64,000 bases of DNA, taken from the NCBI GenBank assembly GCA_963711565.1, contig CAVQEQ010000001.1, positions 736,001 to 800,000 of the forward strand, given 5' to 3'. The translations under genes were made by a program, and so were the position numbers. The notes under the pieces were generated by a model. That model made no database searches. It was not told where the DNA came from and saw only the letters and a list, made by a program, of their open reading frames with translations. Position 1 is the first letter of the stretch, and every line of letters begins with the position of its first letter. Source of the DNA: an uncultured delta proteobacterium. GTDB taxonomy: Bacteria; Desulfobacterota; Binatia; Binatales; Binataceae. Shown here one piece after another: positions 25,480 to 36,026 of the stretch.

Positions 25480-26589
25480 TTATCCGGCTATGCGCCCGGC
25501 GACCGCAACACTCTTGCGTCTTTCCCGGTCGGCGATCTCGCGCCGCACCAACGGAATCAGTTCGCAGCCGTAGTCGATAGCGTCGTCGAGCGGATCGAAA
25601 CCGCGAATCAGAAAAGTCGTGACGCCAAGGTCGTAGTACGCAAGCATCGACTCTGCCACCTGCTCCGGCGTGCCGACTAACGCCGTCGTATTGCCCCGCG
25701 CGCCGGTCGCCGCGGCCACCGCCGTCCAGAGCCGCTTGTCGAGGACTTCGCCCTCGGCAGCCGCGGCCAGCAACCGCTGCGAGCCGACGGCGCCCGGAGT
25801 TTTCGCCGGCGCGCCCAGCATCGCACGGCCGCGAATCTCGCGAATGGTTTCTATAACTCGTCGCGCGCGCCCCCACGCCGCGTCCTCGGTCGCTGCAAGG
25901 ATCGGCCGCGTGGACAAGCTAAATCTTACGCTTCGTCCGTGCCGCGCCGCCGACGCTCGGACCTGCGCTATTGTCTTAGCAGCTTCCGCTAACGGCTCAC
26001 CCCACAGCGCGTAAACGTCGGCATGTTTTCCCGCGATCGCGATTGCGGCATCGGACGAGCCACCGAAATAGATCGGAATGTGCGGCTTCTGGATCGGCTT
26101 GATATCCACAGACGAGTGCACGAACCTGTAGTACTTGCCTTCGTGATCGACGGGCTTGTCCGCCGTCCAGATGCGGCGAAGGATTTCGACATACTCGTCG
26201 GTGCGCTCGTAGCGCTCGTCATGCGAAATGAAATCGCCGTCCTTGCGCTGCTCGCCGTCGTCGCCGCCGGAGATGATATGAACTGCCAGCCGCCCGCCGC
26301 TGAAATGATCGAGCGTCGCCAGCTTGCGCGCGGCTACAGTCGGCGCGACGAACCCCGGCCGATGCGCCAGCATCAGGCCGAGCCTCTCCGTCACGAACGC
26401 GGCGTACTGTGCGACGATGAAGCCGTCGGCGCCGTTCGAGAAATAGCCGATCAGGATTCGGTCGAAGCCCGCCTGCTCGTGAGCCTGCGCGAAGCGACGC
26501 ACGTAATCGATATCAATCGCCGGTCCGCGTGGCGGGTGAATCTCCGAGGCGGGCTGCGTGCCGATCATGCCGATGAACTCGACGCTCAT
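25480..26589 (-). CDS. LLM-class alkanesulfonate monooxygenase-like protein
   Basis: LAHRPGFVAPT, YFGGSS, TGARGNTTALVGTPEQVA. Confidence 0.88.
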   Translation of the reverse strand: MSVEFIGMIGTQPASEIHPPRGPAIDIDYVRRFAQAHEQAGFDRILIGYFSNGADGFIVAQYAAFVTERLGLMLAHRPGFVAPTVAARKLATLDHFSGGRLAVHIISGGDDGEQRKDGDFISHDERYERTDEYVEILRRIWTADKPVDHEGKYYRFVHSSVDIKPIQKPHIPIYFGGSSDAAIAIAGKHADVYALWGEPLAEAAKTIAQVRASAARHGRSVRFSLSTRPILAATEDAAWGRARRVIETIREIRGRAMLGAPAKTPGAVGSQRLLAAAAEGEVLDKRLWTAVAAATGARGNTTALVGTPEQVAESMLAYYDLGVTTFLIRGFDPLDDAIDYGCELIPLVRREIADRERRKSVAVAGRIAG

Positions 26590-26618
26590 GAACGCTCTCC
26601 TCTTGCCGATGCCGGTTC

Positions 26619-27707
26619 TCAGCCTGCGGCGATCGCTTCCGGCTGCGTGGCTTCCCGCCGGATTGGGAGCTTCGGAAACAACAGCTCGGCGACATAGTAG
26701 GCTTCTTCCAGTCCGGGATAACCCGAAAGAACGAACGTGTCGATACCGATGTCGAGGTATTCCTCGAAGCGCCGCGTCAGAGTTTTAGGATCTCCGACCA
26801 GCGCCGTCCCCGCGCCGCCGCGAACGAGACCGATGCCGGCCCACAGGTTCGGGCTGATCACGAGATCTTCGCGGCTGCCGCGATGTAGTTGCACCATCCT
26901 GCGCTGCCCGACTGAGTCCATCCGCGCGAAAGTCTGCTGCGCCACGGCGATCGCATCGTCGCTGACGTACTTGATCAATTCATCCGCCGCCGCCCAGGCC
27001 GCGGATTCGGTTTCGCGCACGATTATATGCAGCCGCATTCCGAACCTGAGCGTGCGGCCCAGCTCGGCCGCGCGTTTGCGCACTCGCGCGATTTTCTCTG
27101 CCGACTGCGCGGGAGGCTCGCCCCAAGTCAGGTAAAGATCAACGTGTTTGGCCGCCACCTCTATCGCCGCATCGGACGATCCGCCGAAGTAGAGAGGAAC
27201 GTTCGGCTTGCGTTCGCGATCGATGAGCAAGCGGCCGCCGATGATCTTCAGATGACGCCCCTCGAAATCGACTTCCCTGCCCTCCACGAGCGGCTTCCAG
27301 ACTGTCAGGAATTCATCGGTTATCTCATAGCGCGCGTCGTGATCTAGATGCAGTCCCTCGCCGGCCAATTCCGTCGGATCGCCACCGGTGACAACGTTGA
27401 TGAGACATCGTCCGCCCGACATCTTGTCCAGCGACACCGCCATCCGCGCCGACACGGTGGGTGAGACGAGGCCTGGCCGCACGGCCACCAGGAACTTCAT
27501 GCGACGTGTTACCGCCGCGAGCGAACTGGCGACCACCCATGCGTCCTCGCATGAGCGGCCGGTCGGCAGCAGCGCGCCCGCAAAGCCGAGTCCGTCAACC
27601 GCCTCGGCGACCTGGCGCATGTAAAACGGGGTCGGGCGGCGGCTTCCCTTGTCGGTCGCCAGGTAGCGTCCATCGCCGTGAGTGGGGATATACCAGAAAA
27701 TTTCCAT
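26619..27707 (-). CDS. ssuD: FMNH2-dependent alkanesulfonate monooxygenase
   Basis: [44 protein letters not shown]. Confidence 0.92.
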   Translation of the reverse strand: MEIFWYIPTHGDGRYLATDKGSRRPTPFYMRQVAEAVDGLGFAGALLPTGRSCEDAWVVASSLAAVTRRMKFLVAVRPGLVSPTVSARMAVSLDKMSGGRCLINVVTGGDPTELAGEGLHLDHDARYEITDEFLTVWKPLVEGREVDFEGRHLKIIGGRLLIDRERKPNVPLYFGGSSDAAIEVAAKHVDLYLTWGEPPAQSAEKIARVRKRAAELGRTLRFGMRLHIIVRETESAAWAAADELIKYVSDDAIAVAQQTFARMDSVGQRRMVQLHRGSREDLVISPNLWAGIGLVRGGAGTALVGDPKTLTRRFEEYLDIGIDTFVLSGYPGLEEAYYVAELLFPKLPIRREATQPEAIAAG

Positions 27708-27818
27708 CACTCGGTTGCTCTCCGATCGTTGTCGAATCAAAGGGAACGCGGACGGACGGCGCAGACTTCGCAGCCGTCCGCCCGCGCGTCGGGGGGACTC
27801 CGTTATTCAACTCGGTCG

Positions 27819-28742
27819 TCAGGACGCCGCCGCCGCTACCGGCTCACGTTGCGCCGACTCCTTCTTGAGAATCCGGCTGCGACGACCGTTGACGCTGACG
27901 GGCACGTCGCCCGCTACGGTCACGCGCCGATGCAATCGCGGCTGCTTGCCATAGTCGTCGATCGCAACGTGCTGAGTCGCGCGGTTATCCCAGATTGCAA
28001 CGTCGCCCACCGACCATCGCCATCGCACCGTGTTCTCGAGGCGGGTCACGTATCCCTGCAACAACACGAAGAGCTGTTTCGAATCGGCCTGCGGCAGGTC
28101 GACAAAGTGCCGCAAGAAAGCTCCCAGCACCAGAGTGCGCTCTCCGGTTCCAGGATGAATTCGGACGACAGGATGCTCAGTCTCATAGACGGTGGAAGTG
28201 AAAACATCGAAGTATCGTTTCAGCTTGTCGGACGTCGCCTTCGTGGGCACCGAGTAGTCGTACGCGTTGGAGTGCACCGCCCAGAGATTGTTGGCAATCT
28301 CCTGCAGCTTGGGCGGCAACGATTGATAAGCCGCCGCCGTGTTGGCCCATGCAGTGTCGCCGCCGCGAGTCGGAACGATCAGCGCGCGCAGTATCGAGGC
28401 TTGCGGATAGGCGTCGACGAACGTCACGTCGGTATGCCACGCGGTCGCGCGATTGCCATGCGTGCCGTCGATGTCCAGCACGGCTTCGGTGCCCTTAACA
28501 GACGGAACGGTCGGATGCGGCACGATGTCGCCGAGCAGGCGGCCGAAAGCCTCGTGGCTAGCTTCGTCGAGATGCTCCTGCCCGCGGAAGAAGATCACTT
28601 TGTATTTGAACAGAGCTTGGCGAATCGACTCGACCGTCGCGGGTTCCAACTCACCTGAGAGCCGCACACCTCTAATCTCGGCGCCGATACGTCCCGCGAC
28701 TGGCAATATTTCCAAGCCACTTTCTCTTCTATTTCCGCTCAT
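27819..28742 (-). CDS. TauD/TfdA family alpha-KG dioxygenase (alkylsulfatase AtsK-like)
   Basis: HPTVP, WHTDVTF, HPVVRIHP, WDNRATQH. Confidence 0.92.
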   Translation of the reverse strand: MSGNRRESGLEILPVAGRIGAEIRGVRLSGELEPATVESIRQALFKYKVIFFRGQEHLDEASHEAFGRLLGDIVPHPTVPSVKGTEAVLDIDGTHGNRATAWHTDVTFVDAYPQASILRALIVPTRGGDTAWANTAAAYQSLPPKLQEIANNLWAVHSNAYDYSVPTKATSDKLKRYFDVFTSTVYETEHPVVRIHPGTGERTLVLGAFLRHFVDLPQADSKQLFVLLQGYVTRLENTVRWRWSVGDVAIWDNRATQHVAIDDYGKQPRLHRRVTVAGDVPVSVNGRRSRILKKESAQREPVAAAAS

Positions 28743-28765
28743 TGCTTGTTCCTCATCTGATAAAA

Positions 28766-28792
28766 GTAAATCTATCGGATTACTCAACTAAC
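28766..28792. promoter_or_regulatory. putative Rrf2 operator, site 1
   Basis: GTAAATCTATCGGATTACTCAACTAAC; aligns with four other sites in the cluster. Confidence 0.65.
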
Positions 28793-28879
28793 GGTCTGAA
28801 CCTAGTTGAATCGCGACATCAATGCAAGAATCGTCAACCGGACTCGACGAAGTCCCAGACGCGAAGCGACCTACGACTC

Positions 28880-30175
28880 TCAAAATCCTCCGGCGTCGGC
28901 AGCATTACGCATCGCCTGCGTCGTGAAAAAATTCTTGTCAACCGAACCCATGTTGATGTACCAGGTCTCGCGCTCTGGAGTTTCCTGACCCGGCAGGTAA
29001 CAGACGCTCGATGCGCCGCTCTGAACGTCAGTTGACGCGGCCGCGACTATGAACTGCCGCTTGAACGGATAGATCGCTACGCGCGCATCGGGCACCGGGC
29101 GATCCCGGAACGTCGACCAGAAGAGATAGTTCTGGAAAAGTTCGCCGCGACGATCGTAGGTATCGACGTACGGAGTGAACCATGCCTCGGTATCGACGTA
29201 CAGAACATTTTTCGACTGTAACGCATCGACGATTCCCGCGCGCGGCGTCGCCTCGACGATGTACACATGACGCAGCTCCCAATCCTCGGGGCAGGAACTG
29301 GCGCCGCCGTCGGTCTGGCAGGTGATTGCGGGAACGTGCTCGGAGTGAACGCTCGCCAGCAGCTGCCTCTCGCCGAGGAACTTGTAGTCATAAGTTTCCG
29401 GTTTGGCGTTGAAGCCCGCGTAGTGATCGGGATTCCAGGCGCCGTATCCGGTCGCGGTGGTATTCAGCGATTCGTTGAGCCTGCGGACTCGGCGATTCTT
29501 AGGATTGTAGGACCATTGGTCGTCGCCGCGCAGTTCGTCGGCGTAGCGATACCGGATGATTCCGGTTCCCCGCAGCTCGGCCGGAGAAAGCTCCGGATAG
29601 ATTGCCGAGAGCCAGACCCGGCCTGAAGTTTTGAAATCCGGATCGACCGGCAACGGTTCGACTTCGGTGCGTCCGACAAGGCTGTAACCAGCGTAGTGAC
29701 CGAACGAGGTGTAGGCGTAGGGATCCGGCGCCTCGTTCGGGGTCGTGTTCTCGATATGGCATTCGTAGTAACGCAGGTCGTAGTCATCCGAGAGGAGTGG
29801 ATGGAAGGTGAGGTTCCATTCAATTTTCGTCGCGACATCGGGATCGTTCGGATCGAGGAACGGAAAAGGCAGACCAGCGACGTAGCCGAGTAAAGAACGA
29901 TGGTCACGGGAGAGGACTACCTGCTGCGAGTATTTCTCGGTCGCTTCCTTGTACGGTGGCGGCCAGTCCAGTTGCGAGGTCGGGACGATCTTCAGCCCCA
30001 TCCCGTGCGTGACCTTGTAGTAAACTCCCGGCGAGACGAGGTCTCTCACTTTGGATGCGTTGCTCATCGTGATTACTTCGCCTGGTTTGACCTGAGCGCA
30101 GGCTGGGACGGCGAATGGAACCGCTTGTGAGGCAACAAATGCTATGAAAAACAACCAGAAAACTGACAGCTTCAT
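28880..30175 (-). CDS. DUF1329 family secreted protein
   Basis: Signal peptide; YKEATEKY, AGLPFP, WSYNPKNRRVRRL, WELRHVYIVEA. Confidence 0.85.
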   Translation of the reverse strand: MKLSVFWLFFIAFVASQAVPFAVPACAQVKPGEVITMSNASKVRDLVSPGVYYKVTHGMGLKIVPTSQLDWPPPYKEATEKYSQQVVLSRDHRSLLGYVAGLPFPFLDPNDPDVATKIEWNLTFHPLLSDDYDLRYYECHIENTTPNEAPDPYAYTSFGHYAGYSLVGRTEVEPLPVDPDFKTSGRVWLSAIYPELSPAELRGTGIIRYRYADELRGDDQWSYNPKNRRVRRLNESLNTTATGYGAWNPDHYAGFNAKPETYDYKFLGERQLLASVHSEHVPAITCQTDGGASSCPEDWELRHVYIVEATPRAGIVDALQSKNVLYVDTEAWFTPYVDTYDRRGELFQNYLFWSTFRDRPVPDARVAIYPFKRQFIVAAASTDVQSGASSVCYLPGQETPERETWYINMGSVDKNFFTTQAMRNAADAGGF

Positions 30176-30195
30176 ATCTCTACCTCTACTCCCCA

Positions 30196-30222
30196 TTTAG
30201 TCGATAAATATACTCGACTGAT
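30196..30222. promoter_or_regulatory. putative Rrf2 operator, site 2
   Basis: TTTAGTCGATAAATATACTCGACTGAT with AGTCGA...TCGACT dyad. Confidence 0.7.
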
Positions 30223-30274
30223 GGCAGAGAATATTGAAGCCGTCGAATTGACGCAAGCCCCCTTTGCTCTTTTC

Positions 30275-32182
30275 CTATTTCTGCAGAGCGCGGCGGACGG
30301 CGCGCTCCAACTGATCGATCTCGTCGTGGGTGTTGTAGAGTGCGAGTGAAGGCCGGACCGTTGCGTCGAGTCCGAAGCGATCCATCGTCGGCTGCGCGCA
30401 GTGATGACCCGCGCGCACGGCGATGCCGTCCTGGTCGAGGATCTTGCCCATCTCCTCGGCGGGAATTTTGTCGGTGACGAACGAGACCACGCCCGCCTTC
30501 TCAGGAGCCGTGCCGATCAGACGGACGCCCGGGATTCTGCCGAGCGCTTCGGTTGCGTATGCCAGCAGCGCGCGCTCATGCGTGGCGACATTCTGCATCC
30601 CGATGCGATCGAGATAGTCCACCGCGGCGCCGAGACCGACCGCCGGACCGAGGGCCGCGGTGCCGGCTTCGAAGCGCGAGGGCGGATCGGCAAACGTACT
30701 GTGCTCGAACGTCACGCGCTGAATCATGTTGCCGCCGCCCTGCCATGGCGGCGTCTCATCGAGCAGCGCCTTCTTGCCGTAGAGAACGCCGATGGCGCTG
30801 GGACCGAACAGCTTGTGGCCGGAAAATGCGTAGAAGTCCGCGTCGAGGCTCTGCACGTTGACGGGGAAGTGCGAGACGGCTTGCGCGCCGTCGATGAGCA
30901 CTTTCGCGCCGCGCCGATGCGCGATGTCGATCATCTCGCGGACCGGGAGAATCGTACCGAGCGCGTTGGATACGTGCGTCAGCGAGACGAACTTTGTTCT
31001 GGTCGTGAGAGTTCGCTCGAAGTCGCTCAGCAGGACTTCGCCGCGATCGGTCACCGGAACCACTCGGATGACCGCGCCGACCTGCTCCGCCAGGAATTGC
31101 CACGGCACAATGTTGGAATGGTGCTCGAGCGTCGAGAGGACGATCTCATCGCCCTCGCCGAGGAACTTGCGCCCGTAGCTGGCGGCGACCAGGTTGACGG
31201 CTTCGGTGGTACCGCGGACGAAGACGATTTCCTCCGCTGAGCCGGCGCCGATGAAGCGCTGCACCTTCTCGCGCGCGCTCTCATACGCGTCGGTTGAACG
31301 CGCCGCGAGCTCGTGCGCAGCGCGATGCACGTTCGAGTACTCGTGCGAATAGTAGTGCACCAAGCGATCGATCACCGCTTGCGGTTTCTGCGTCGTGGCG
31401 GCGTTGTCGAGCCATACGAGGCGCTTGCCGTGAACGCGTTCTTCGAGGATGGGGAAGTCGCGCCGGATGTCGTTGACGTCGAACAGACGCCGCTGGAAAG
31501 GCGCCGCCGGCGCGGCCGCTTCGGGGCGCGTCGCGAGTATTGGCGTCAGGAAATAGTAGGACGGCGCTCCGTCTTGCGGTGGTTTTCCCGACAGGGGCGC
31601 ATCGTCGAACAGGCGCGGCAACGAGCCGTCGTGAATCTCGACGTTGGCCGGAAGCGGGGGCGACCAGTCGATCGGACCGGCAGCCGCTTCAGTAATCCCG
31701 GTGGCAGGGGCCGCGGCAGCGACACTCGACGGCGCGGGAATTTGCGACTGGTGAATGCCGGCATCGAAGTATGGCGATGCCGGAATCGCCGCAGACGATG
31801 GCGCGACACTGGTAGCCGCTCCAGGGGCTGCAGTCTGAGCGGCTGCGGCGGCGATACTCGCCGGAGCAGGAATTTGCGACTGATGAATCGCCTCGTCGAG
31901 ATACGGCGCGGCCGGAATCGGCGCGCCCGGAAACGGTGTCGCGGCGCTGCTGACACCGGCAGTTGGACCCGGCAATCCCAACGTCGAGGCGAGCGGACTC
32001 GTGGTGCGCGCGGCCGTCAGAGCGGCCGTGCCGACGGATTCCGGCGCCGCCGCGCCGGGGATCGGGCCGAGCAGCTTGCTCGTGATGCGATCGAGGGTCG
32101 CGTCGTCGATGCCCGGCGGCGCGCCAGTCGCGGTTACGCCCGGCAGGACACTAACCGGCGCCGGGACTTCACTCGTCGTCAT
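30275..32182 (-). CDS. encapsulin cargo cysteine desulfurase (SufS-type) with about 230-aa disordered N-terminal targeting region
   Basis: WLDNAATTQKP, FSGHK PLP lysine, RAGHHCAQP catalytic Cys; Ala/Pro-rich N-terminus with SYYFL motif; overlaps the encapsulin stop. Confidence 0.93.
   Translation of the reverse strand: MTTSEVPAPVSVLPGVTATGAPPGIDDATLDRITSKLLGPIPGAAAPESVGTAALTAARTTSPLASTLGLPGPTAGVSSAATPFPGAPIPAAPYLDEAIHQSQIPAPASIAAAAAQTAAPGAATSVAPSSAAIPASPYFDAGIHQSQIPAPSSVAAAAPATGITEAAAGPIDWSPPLPANVEIHDGSLPRLFDDAPLSGKPPQDGAPSYYFLTPILATRPEAAAPAAPFQRRLFDVNDIRRDFPILEERVHGKRLVWLDNAATTQKPQAVIDRLVHYYSHEYSNVHRAAHELAARSTDAYESAREKVQRFIGAGSAEEIVFVRGTTEAVNLVAASYGRKFLGEGDEIVLSTLEHHSNIVPWQFLAEQVGAVIRVVPVTDRGEVLLSDFERTLTTRTKFVSLTHVSNALGTILPVREMIDIAHRRGAKVLIDGAQAVSHFPVNVQSLDADFYAFSGHKLFGPSAIGVLYGKKALLDETPPWQGGGNMIQRVTFEHSTFADPPSRFEAGTAALGPAVGLGAAVDYLDRIGMQNVATHERALLAYATEALGRIPGVRLIGTAPEKAGVVSFVTDKIPAEEMGKILDQDGIAVRAGHHCAQPTMDRFGLDATVRPSLALYNTHDEIDQLERAVRRALQK
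31709..31918 (-). repeat. intragenic duplication (132-bp period) in the cargo-loading region
   Basis: IPAAPYLDEAIHQSQIPAPASIAAAA and IPASPYFDAGIHQSQIPAPSSVAAAA. Confidence 0.85.
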
Positions 32183-33629
32183 GATAGTTGCCTACTTCGA
32201 CGTTCTCGAGAATTCCGAGCGCGTCCTCGGTCAGCACCGCGGCCGAGAAATACAAAGTTACGAGATACGACGCGGTCGAATAGTTATCGATGCCCATGAA
32301 GCGCACCGACAGACCGGGCATCTGCTCGCCGGGAAGACCCGTCTGATGCAAGCCGACGACGCCCTGCTTCTGCTCGCCGACGCGCATCAGCAGAATGCTC
32401 GTCAGGCCGGCGGAACCTTCGGTGTCGCGATTGGACACGTGCGGCACTCGCGAACCGTTGGATCGATTGATCGGCAACTTGTTCGACGGAACGAGCGGGA
32501 TGCCGCGCCAGGTAATGAACGGCGAGCCGAACATCTGCACAGTCGGAGGCGGAACGCCGCGGCGCGTGCATTCGCGGCCGAAAGCGGCGATCGCGCGCGG
32601 ATGAGCAAGGAAGAACGCGGGCTCCTTCCAGACGTGCGCCAGCAAATCGTCGAGATCGTCAGGAGTCGGCGGGCCGGAGCGGGTGCGGATGCGCATCGAA
32701 GGCGCGGCGGCGAAGAGCAGGCCGTGCTCGGGGTCGTTGAGAATTTCGGCTTCCTCGCGCTCTTTGATCCCCTGGATCGTCAGGCGGAGCTGCTCGCGCA
32801 GCTGATCGTAGTTGTTGTTGTAGAGGTCGGTGATGCGGGTATGCAGGCGGATGACGGTCTGGATGGTCTGGAGCTGATACTGGCGCGGGACTTCGTCGTA
32901 GTCGACGAAGGTGCGCTGCAACTCGGGCTCCTCGCCGACGTTGTATGAGGCAATATCGATTCCCGCTTCGCCGGATTCGTTCTGCTTGGCGGGGGACTCT
33001 TCGCGCTGGCGGACCAACGCATCGAAGTTGGCGCGCAGCTCCGGCGATGAATCGAGCAAGGCGCGGAAGCGCGTGCGGTCCAGCGTCAGGAACACGCTCG
33101 GGGTCAGGGTCTGCGCGGTGGTAGTATGGCGCCACTCATTGAGCAACGCGGTTTCGCCGAAGAAGTCGCCGTCGCCATAGAGCGCGAGACGCAGCTTTTC
33201 GCCGTGCGCGTCGGTGGTCGCAATTTCGACCTTGCCTTTGACGATGATGTAGAACTTCTCGCCCGCATCGCCCTCCTTGTAGAGATCCTCGCCTGCGCCG
33301 CGGCGTTCTTCGACCAGCAATCCCGAGATAGCGCCGAGCAATGGTTCGTTGGCGGTGCGCAGCAGGGACAAGCCGCGCAACGCGTTGGCGTCGAGCGCGG
33401 CTTTGTCATCGACGAGAGTAGTTGCGATTCGATCGCTCTGGCGCAGAACGATTCGGCGCCGGTTCACCTGGTAAACTCCGCCCTGGATGTTCAACCACGG
33501 CAACAGGTGGAGCAGCCAGCGCGGCGTCTCCGCCAGCATCTGGGGGACGGTGAGAGTCGGGTTGGATAGCGTGCGAGCGGCCGGGACGCTGAGTGTATGT
33601 GGAGCTAACGGGCGTTGCGGATCTGGCAT
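32169..33629 (-). CDS. Family 2B encapsulin shell protein (SrpI-like with inserted cNMP-binding domain)
   Basis: PQM..TPRWLLHLLPW, GGVYQVNR, TFVDYDEVPRQY, GPPTPDDLDDLL; inserted CBD EGDAGEKFYIIVKGKV...FFGETALL. Confidence 0.93.
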   Translation of the reverse strand: MPDPQRPLAPHTLSVPAARTLSNPTLTVPQMLAETPRWLLHLLPWLNIQGGVYQVNRRRIVLRQSDRIATTLVDDKAALDANALRGLSLLRTANEPLLGAISGLLVEERRGAGEDLYKEGDAGEKFYIIVKGKVEIATTDAHGEKLRLALYGDGDFFGETALLNEWRHTTTAQTLTPSVFLTLDRTRFRALLDSSPELRANFDALVRQREESPAKQNESGEAGIDIASYNVGEEPELQRTFVDYDEVPRQYQLQTIQTVIRLHTRITDLYNNNYDQLREQLRLTIQGIKEREEAEILNDPEHGLLFAAAPSMRIRTRSGPPTPDDLDDLLAHVWKEPAFFLAHPRAIAAFGRECTRRGVPPPTVQMFGSPFITWRGIPLVPSNKLPINRSNGSRVPHVSNRDTEGSAGLTSILLMRVGEQKQGVVGLHQTGLPGEQMPGLSVRFMGIDNYSTASYLVTLYFSAAVLTEDALGILENVEVGNYHDDE

Positions 33630-33838
33630 TGGACTTCCTTTTGTGATCTGGAAATTGAGAGCTATTGGTTGGTTCGCTGTCGCGAAGCGTTGACGAGGAC
33701 TTCAAACATCGGGTGAGAGCGAAGTTACTCTTAATTCAACACTATGTCTAAATTACCAAGTGTGTATTAGTCAGTTGCGCGCGAATGAATACTCACTAGT
33801 TCCAATAGTTAGTAGTCTAATGAGTCTCGAAGTGGACC

Positions 33839-33865
33839 TTTAGCCGAGCAAGTTAATAGGCGAAA
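33839..33865. promoter_or_regulatory. putative Rrf2 operator, site 3
   Basis: TTTAGCCGAGCAAGTTAATAGGCGAAA in the AT-rich region upstream of the encapsulin. Confidence 0.6.
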
Positions 33866-34064
33866 GTATATTTGCGGACCTGCGGTGGCCCGAAGTTTCC
33901 CTTGATTAATGGCATCCTAACTGGCTATTCACCCACACAGTCCAGTCAACCGATGGTTTACTCCGGCGCCCGATCGAGCGAATTGACCAGTCCGGGCGTA
34001 GTGGAAATGACGATTTACAGCATTAGCCCGGAGCATGCGCGCGCGCGAAAATAATTCTTTTGTT

Positions 34065-35003
34065 TCAGATGCCGCCACCGTCATCGAACGCTTCGCCGCG
34101 CGCCAGCGCCTGAGTAACGCTGCTGTTGGGCGGGACATCGCGCGTGAGCCATACGTTTCCACCGATGGTCGAATTGTGCCCGATGGTGACGCGGCCCAGG
34201 ATGGTCGCGCCGGCGTAGATGATGACATCATCTTCGATGATCGGATGACGCGCGTTGCCTTTGACCAGCGCGCCGTTCTCGCCAACCGGAAACCGCTTGG
34301 CGCCCAACGTCACCGCTTGATACAGCCGCACGCGCTTGCCGACCTTCGCCGTCTCACCAATCACGACGCCGGTGCCGTGATCGATGAAGAAGCTCCCGTC
34401 GATGTCGGCGCCGGGATGAATGTCGATGCCGGTGGCCGAATGCGCGAGCTCCGCGATGATGCGCGCGAGCAGCGGGAGATCGAGAAGGTAAAGCTCGTGC
34501 GCGAGCCGATGATGCGTAATGCCGGTGATGCCGGGGTAGCAGAAGCGAACCTCCTCGATGCTGCGGGCGGCGGGGTCGCCCTGATAGGCGGCGAGAATGT
34601 CGGTCTCGAGCAGCGCGCGCACGTGGGGCAATCGCTCGGCGAATCGGTGTGTAATCTCAAAGGCGCGGCGCGCGCGCTCGGATTCGCCGTCGGGCGACGC
34701 GAACTGCAGCTCGCGCTCAATCTGCTGAAGAAGAATCCGCAGCGTCGCGTCGAGCTTGTGGCCGACGAAGTAATCGACTCCCTCTTCGGTGAAATCCGCC
34801 AGGCCAAAATGGGTCGGAAAGAGCGCCGCAAAGAGCCCATCGATGATTTCGCGCAGCGCTTCGCGCGACGGCATCTCGATGATCGCGCCGTCGCGCCTGC
34901 GCTCTTGCGATTTTCCCCGTGACGCGCGCAGCTCGGCGACGATCCTGCCCAAGTCCCATCGCGCGCTGGGAGAAGAGTCGCGTCCGTTTTTGCCGACGCT
35001 CAT
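34065..35003 (-). CDS. cysE: serine O-acetyltransferase (CysE/EpsC type)
   Basis: [29 protein letters not shown] hexapeptide repeats. Confidence 0.93.
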   Translation of the reverse strand: MSVGKNGRDSSPSARWDLGRIVAELRASRGKSQERRRDGAIIEMPSREALREIIDGLFAALFPTHFGLADFTEEGVDYFVGHKLDATLRILLQQIERELQFASPDGESERARRAFEITHRFAERLPHVRALLETDILAAYQGDPAARSIEEVRFCYPGITGITHHRLAHELYLLDLPLLARIIAELAHSATGIDIHPGADIDGSFFIDHGTGVVIGETAKVGKRVRLYQAVTLGAKRFPVGENGALVKGNARHPIIEDDVIIYAGATILGRVTIGHNSTIGGNVWLTRDVPPNSSVTQALARGEAFDDGGGI

Positions 35004-35977
35004 GCGGCGATGCCCTTGGCTTGAGCGACGCTGTCGAATAGCGCAGTACTTAAGTATCGCTCACCCGAATCGGGCAACACGACGACGATGGTCTTGCCCT
35101 TGTTCTCCGGACGCTTCGCGATGCGCACGGCCACGACGACCGCTGCTCCCGACGAAATGCCCGACAGGATTCCTTCTTCGCGCGTCAGCCGGCGCGCGTA
35201 TTCGATCGCATCTTCGTTGGTCACCTGCTCGACTACATCGACAATCGAGAGGTCGAGGTTTTCGGGTACGAAGCCGGCGCCGATGCCCTGGATTTTGTGC
35301 GCGCCCGGCTTCAGCGGCTGACCGCTGCGTTTTTGTGTGATGACGGGACTGGCGGTCGGCTCGACGGCGACCGAGACGATTGCTTTGCCTTTCGTCTTCT
35401 TGATGTAGCGCGAGACGCCGGTGATGGTGCCGCCGGTGCCGACTCCCGATACGAAAATATCGATCGCGCCCTCCGTGTCGTTCCAGATTTCAGGGCCGGT
35501 GGTCGCTTCGTGAATCGCGGGATTGGCGGGATTGCTGAATTGCTGCAGCAGGACGTAGCGATCGGGCGCCGACGCTTTGATTTCCTCGGCCTTCGCGATC
35601 GCGCCGCTCATCCCGCGCGCGCCCTCGGTCAATTCCAGCTTCGCGCCGTAGGCGATCAGCAGCTTGCGGCGCTCGAGGCTCATCGTATCGGGCATCGTCA
35701 AGGTCAGCGGAATGTTGCGCGCGGCGGCGACGAAGGCGAGCGCGATACCGGTGTTGCCGCTGGTCGGCTCGACCAGCTCCTTGCTGGGGCCTAGCAGGCC
35801 GCGCTTCTCGGCGTCCCAGACCATCGCGGCGCCGATACGGTCCTTGACGGAATACGCGGGGCTGCGTCCTTCAATCTTGCCGAGAACTATCGCCGGCGCG
35901 CCGTCGGTGACGCGGTTGAGCCGCACCAGCGGCGTGTGTCCGATCGAGCGTGAATTGTCTTCGTACCAATGTGGCAT
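35000..35977 (-). CDS. cysK: cysteine synthase A
   Basis: [31 protein letters not shown]. Confidence 0.95.
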   Translation of the reverse strand: MPHWYEDNSRSIGHTPLVRLNRVTDGAPAIVLGKIEGRSPAYSVKDRIGAAMVWDAEKRGLLGPSKELVEPTSGNTGIALAFVAAARNIPLTLTMPDTMSLERRKLLIAYGAKLELTEGARGMSGAIAKAEEIKASAPDRYVLLQQFSNPANPAIHEATTGPEIWNDTEGAIDIFVSGVGTGGTITGVSRYIKKTKGKAIVSVAVEPTASPVITQKRSGQPLKPGAHKIQGIGAGFVPENLDLSIVDVVEQVTNEDAIEYARRLTREEGILSGISSGAAVVVAVRIAKRPENKGKTIVVVLPDSGERYLSTALFDSVAQAKGIAA

Positions 35978-36026
35978 CGATTATCTCCGCTTCTGAAAAT
36001 CGTCGTGACGTTCTGCTAGCGCGCGA

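Noticed and set aside
25472-25876. N-terminal extension of the FMN reductase ORF
   Set aside because: It overlaps the upstream LLM gene; family similarity begins at MPTRLL (25471).
27678-32948. Long plus-strand ORFs (27678, 30401, 31313, 32001)
   Set aside because: Antisense shadows of well-supported minus-strand genes, common in GC-rich DNA.
32169-33629. Capsid-like gene as evidence of a prophage
   Set aside because: No terminase, portal or tail genes; its motifs and desulfurase neighbour identify it as an encapsulin.
33630-34064. Possible rhodanese gene or sRNA in the gap between cysE and the encapsulin
   Set aside because: No convincing ORF or structured RNA; it is AT-rich regulatory sequence containing operator site 3.
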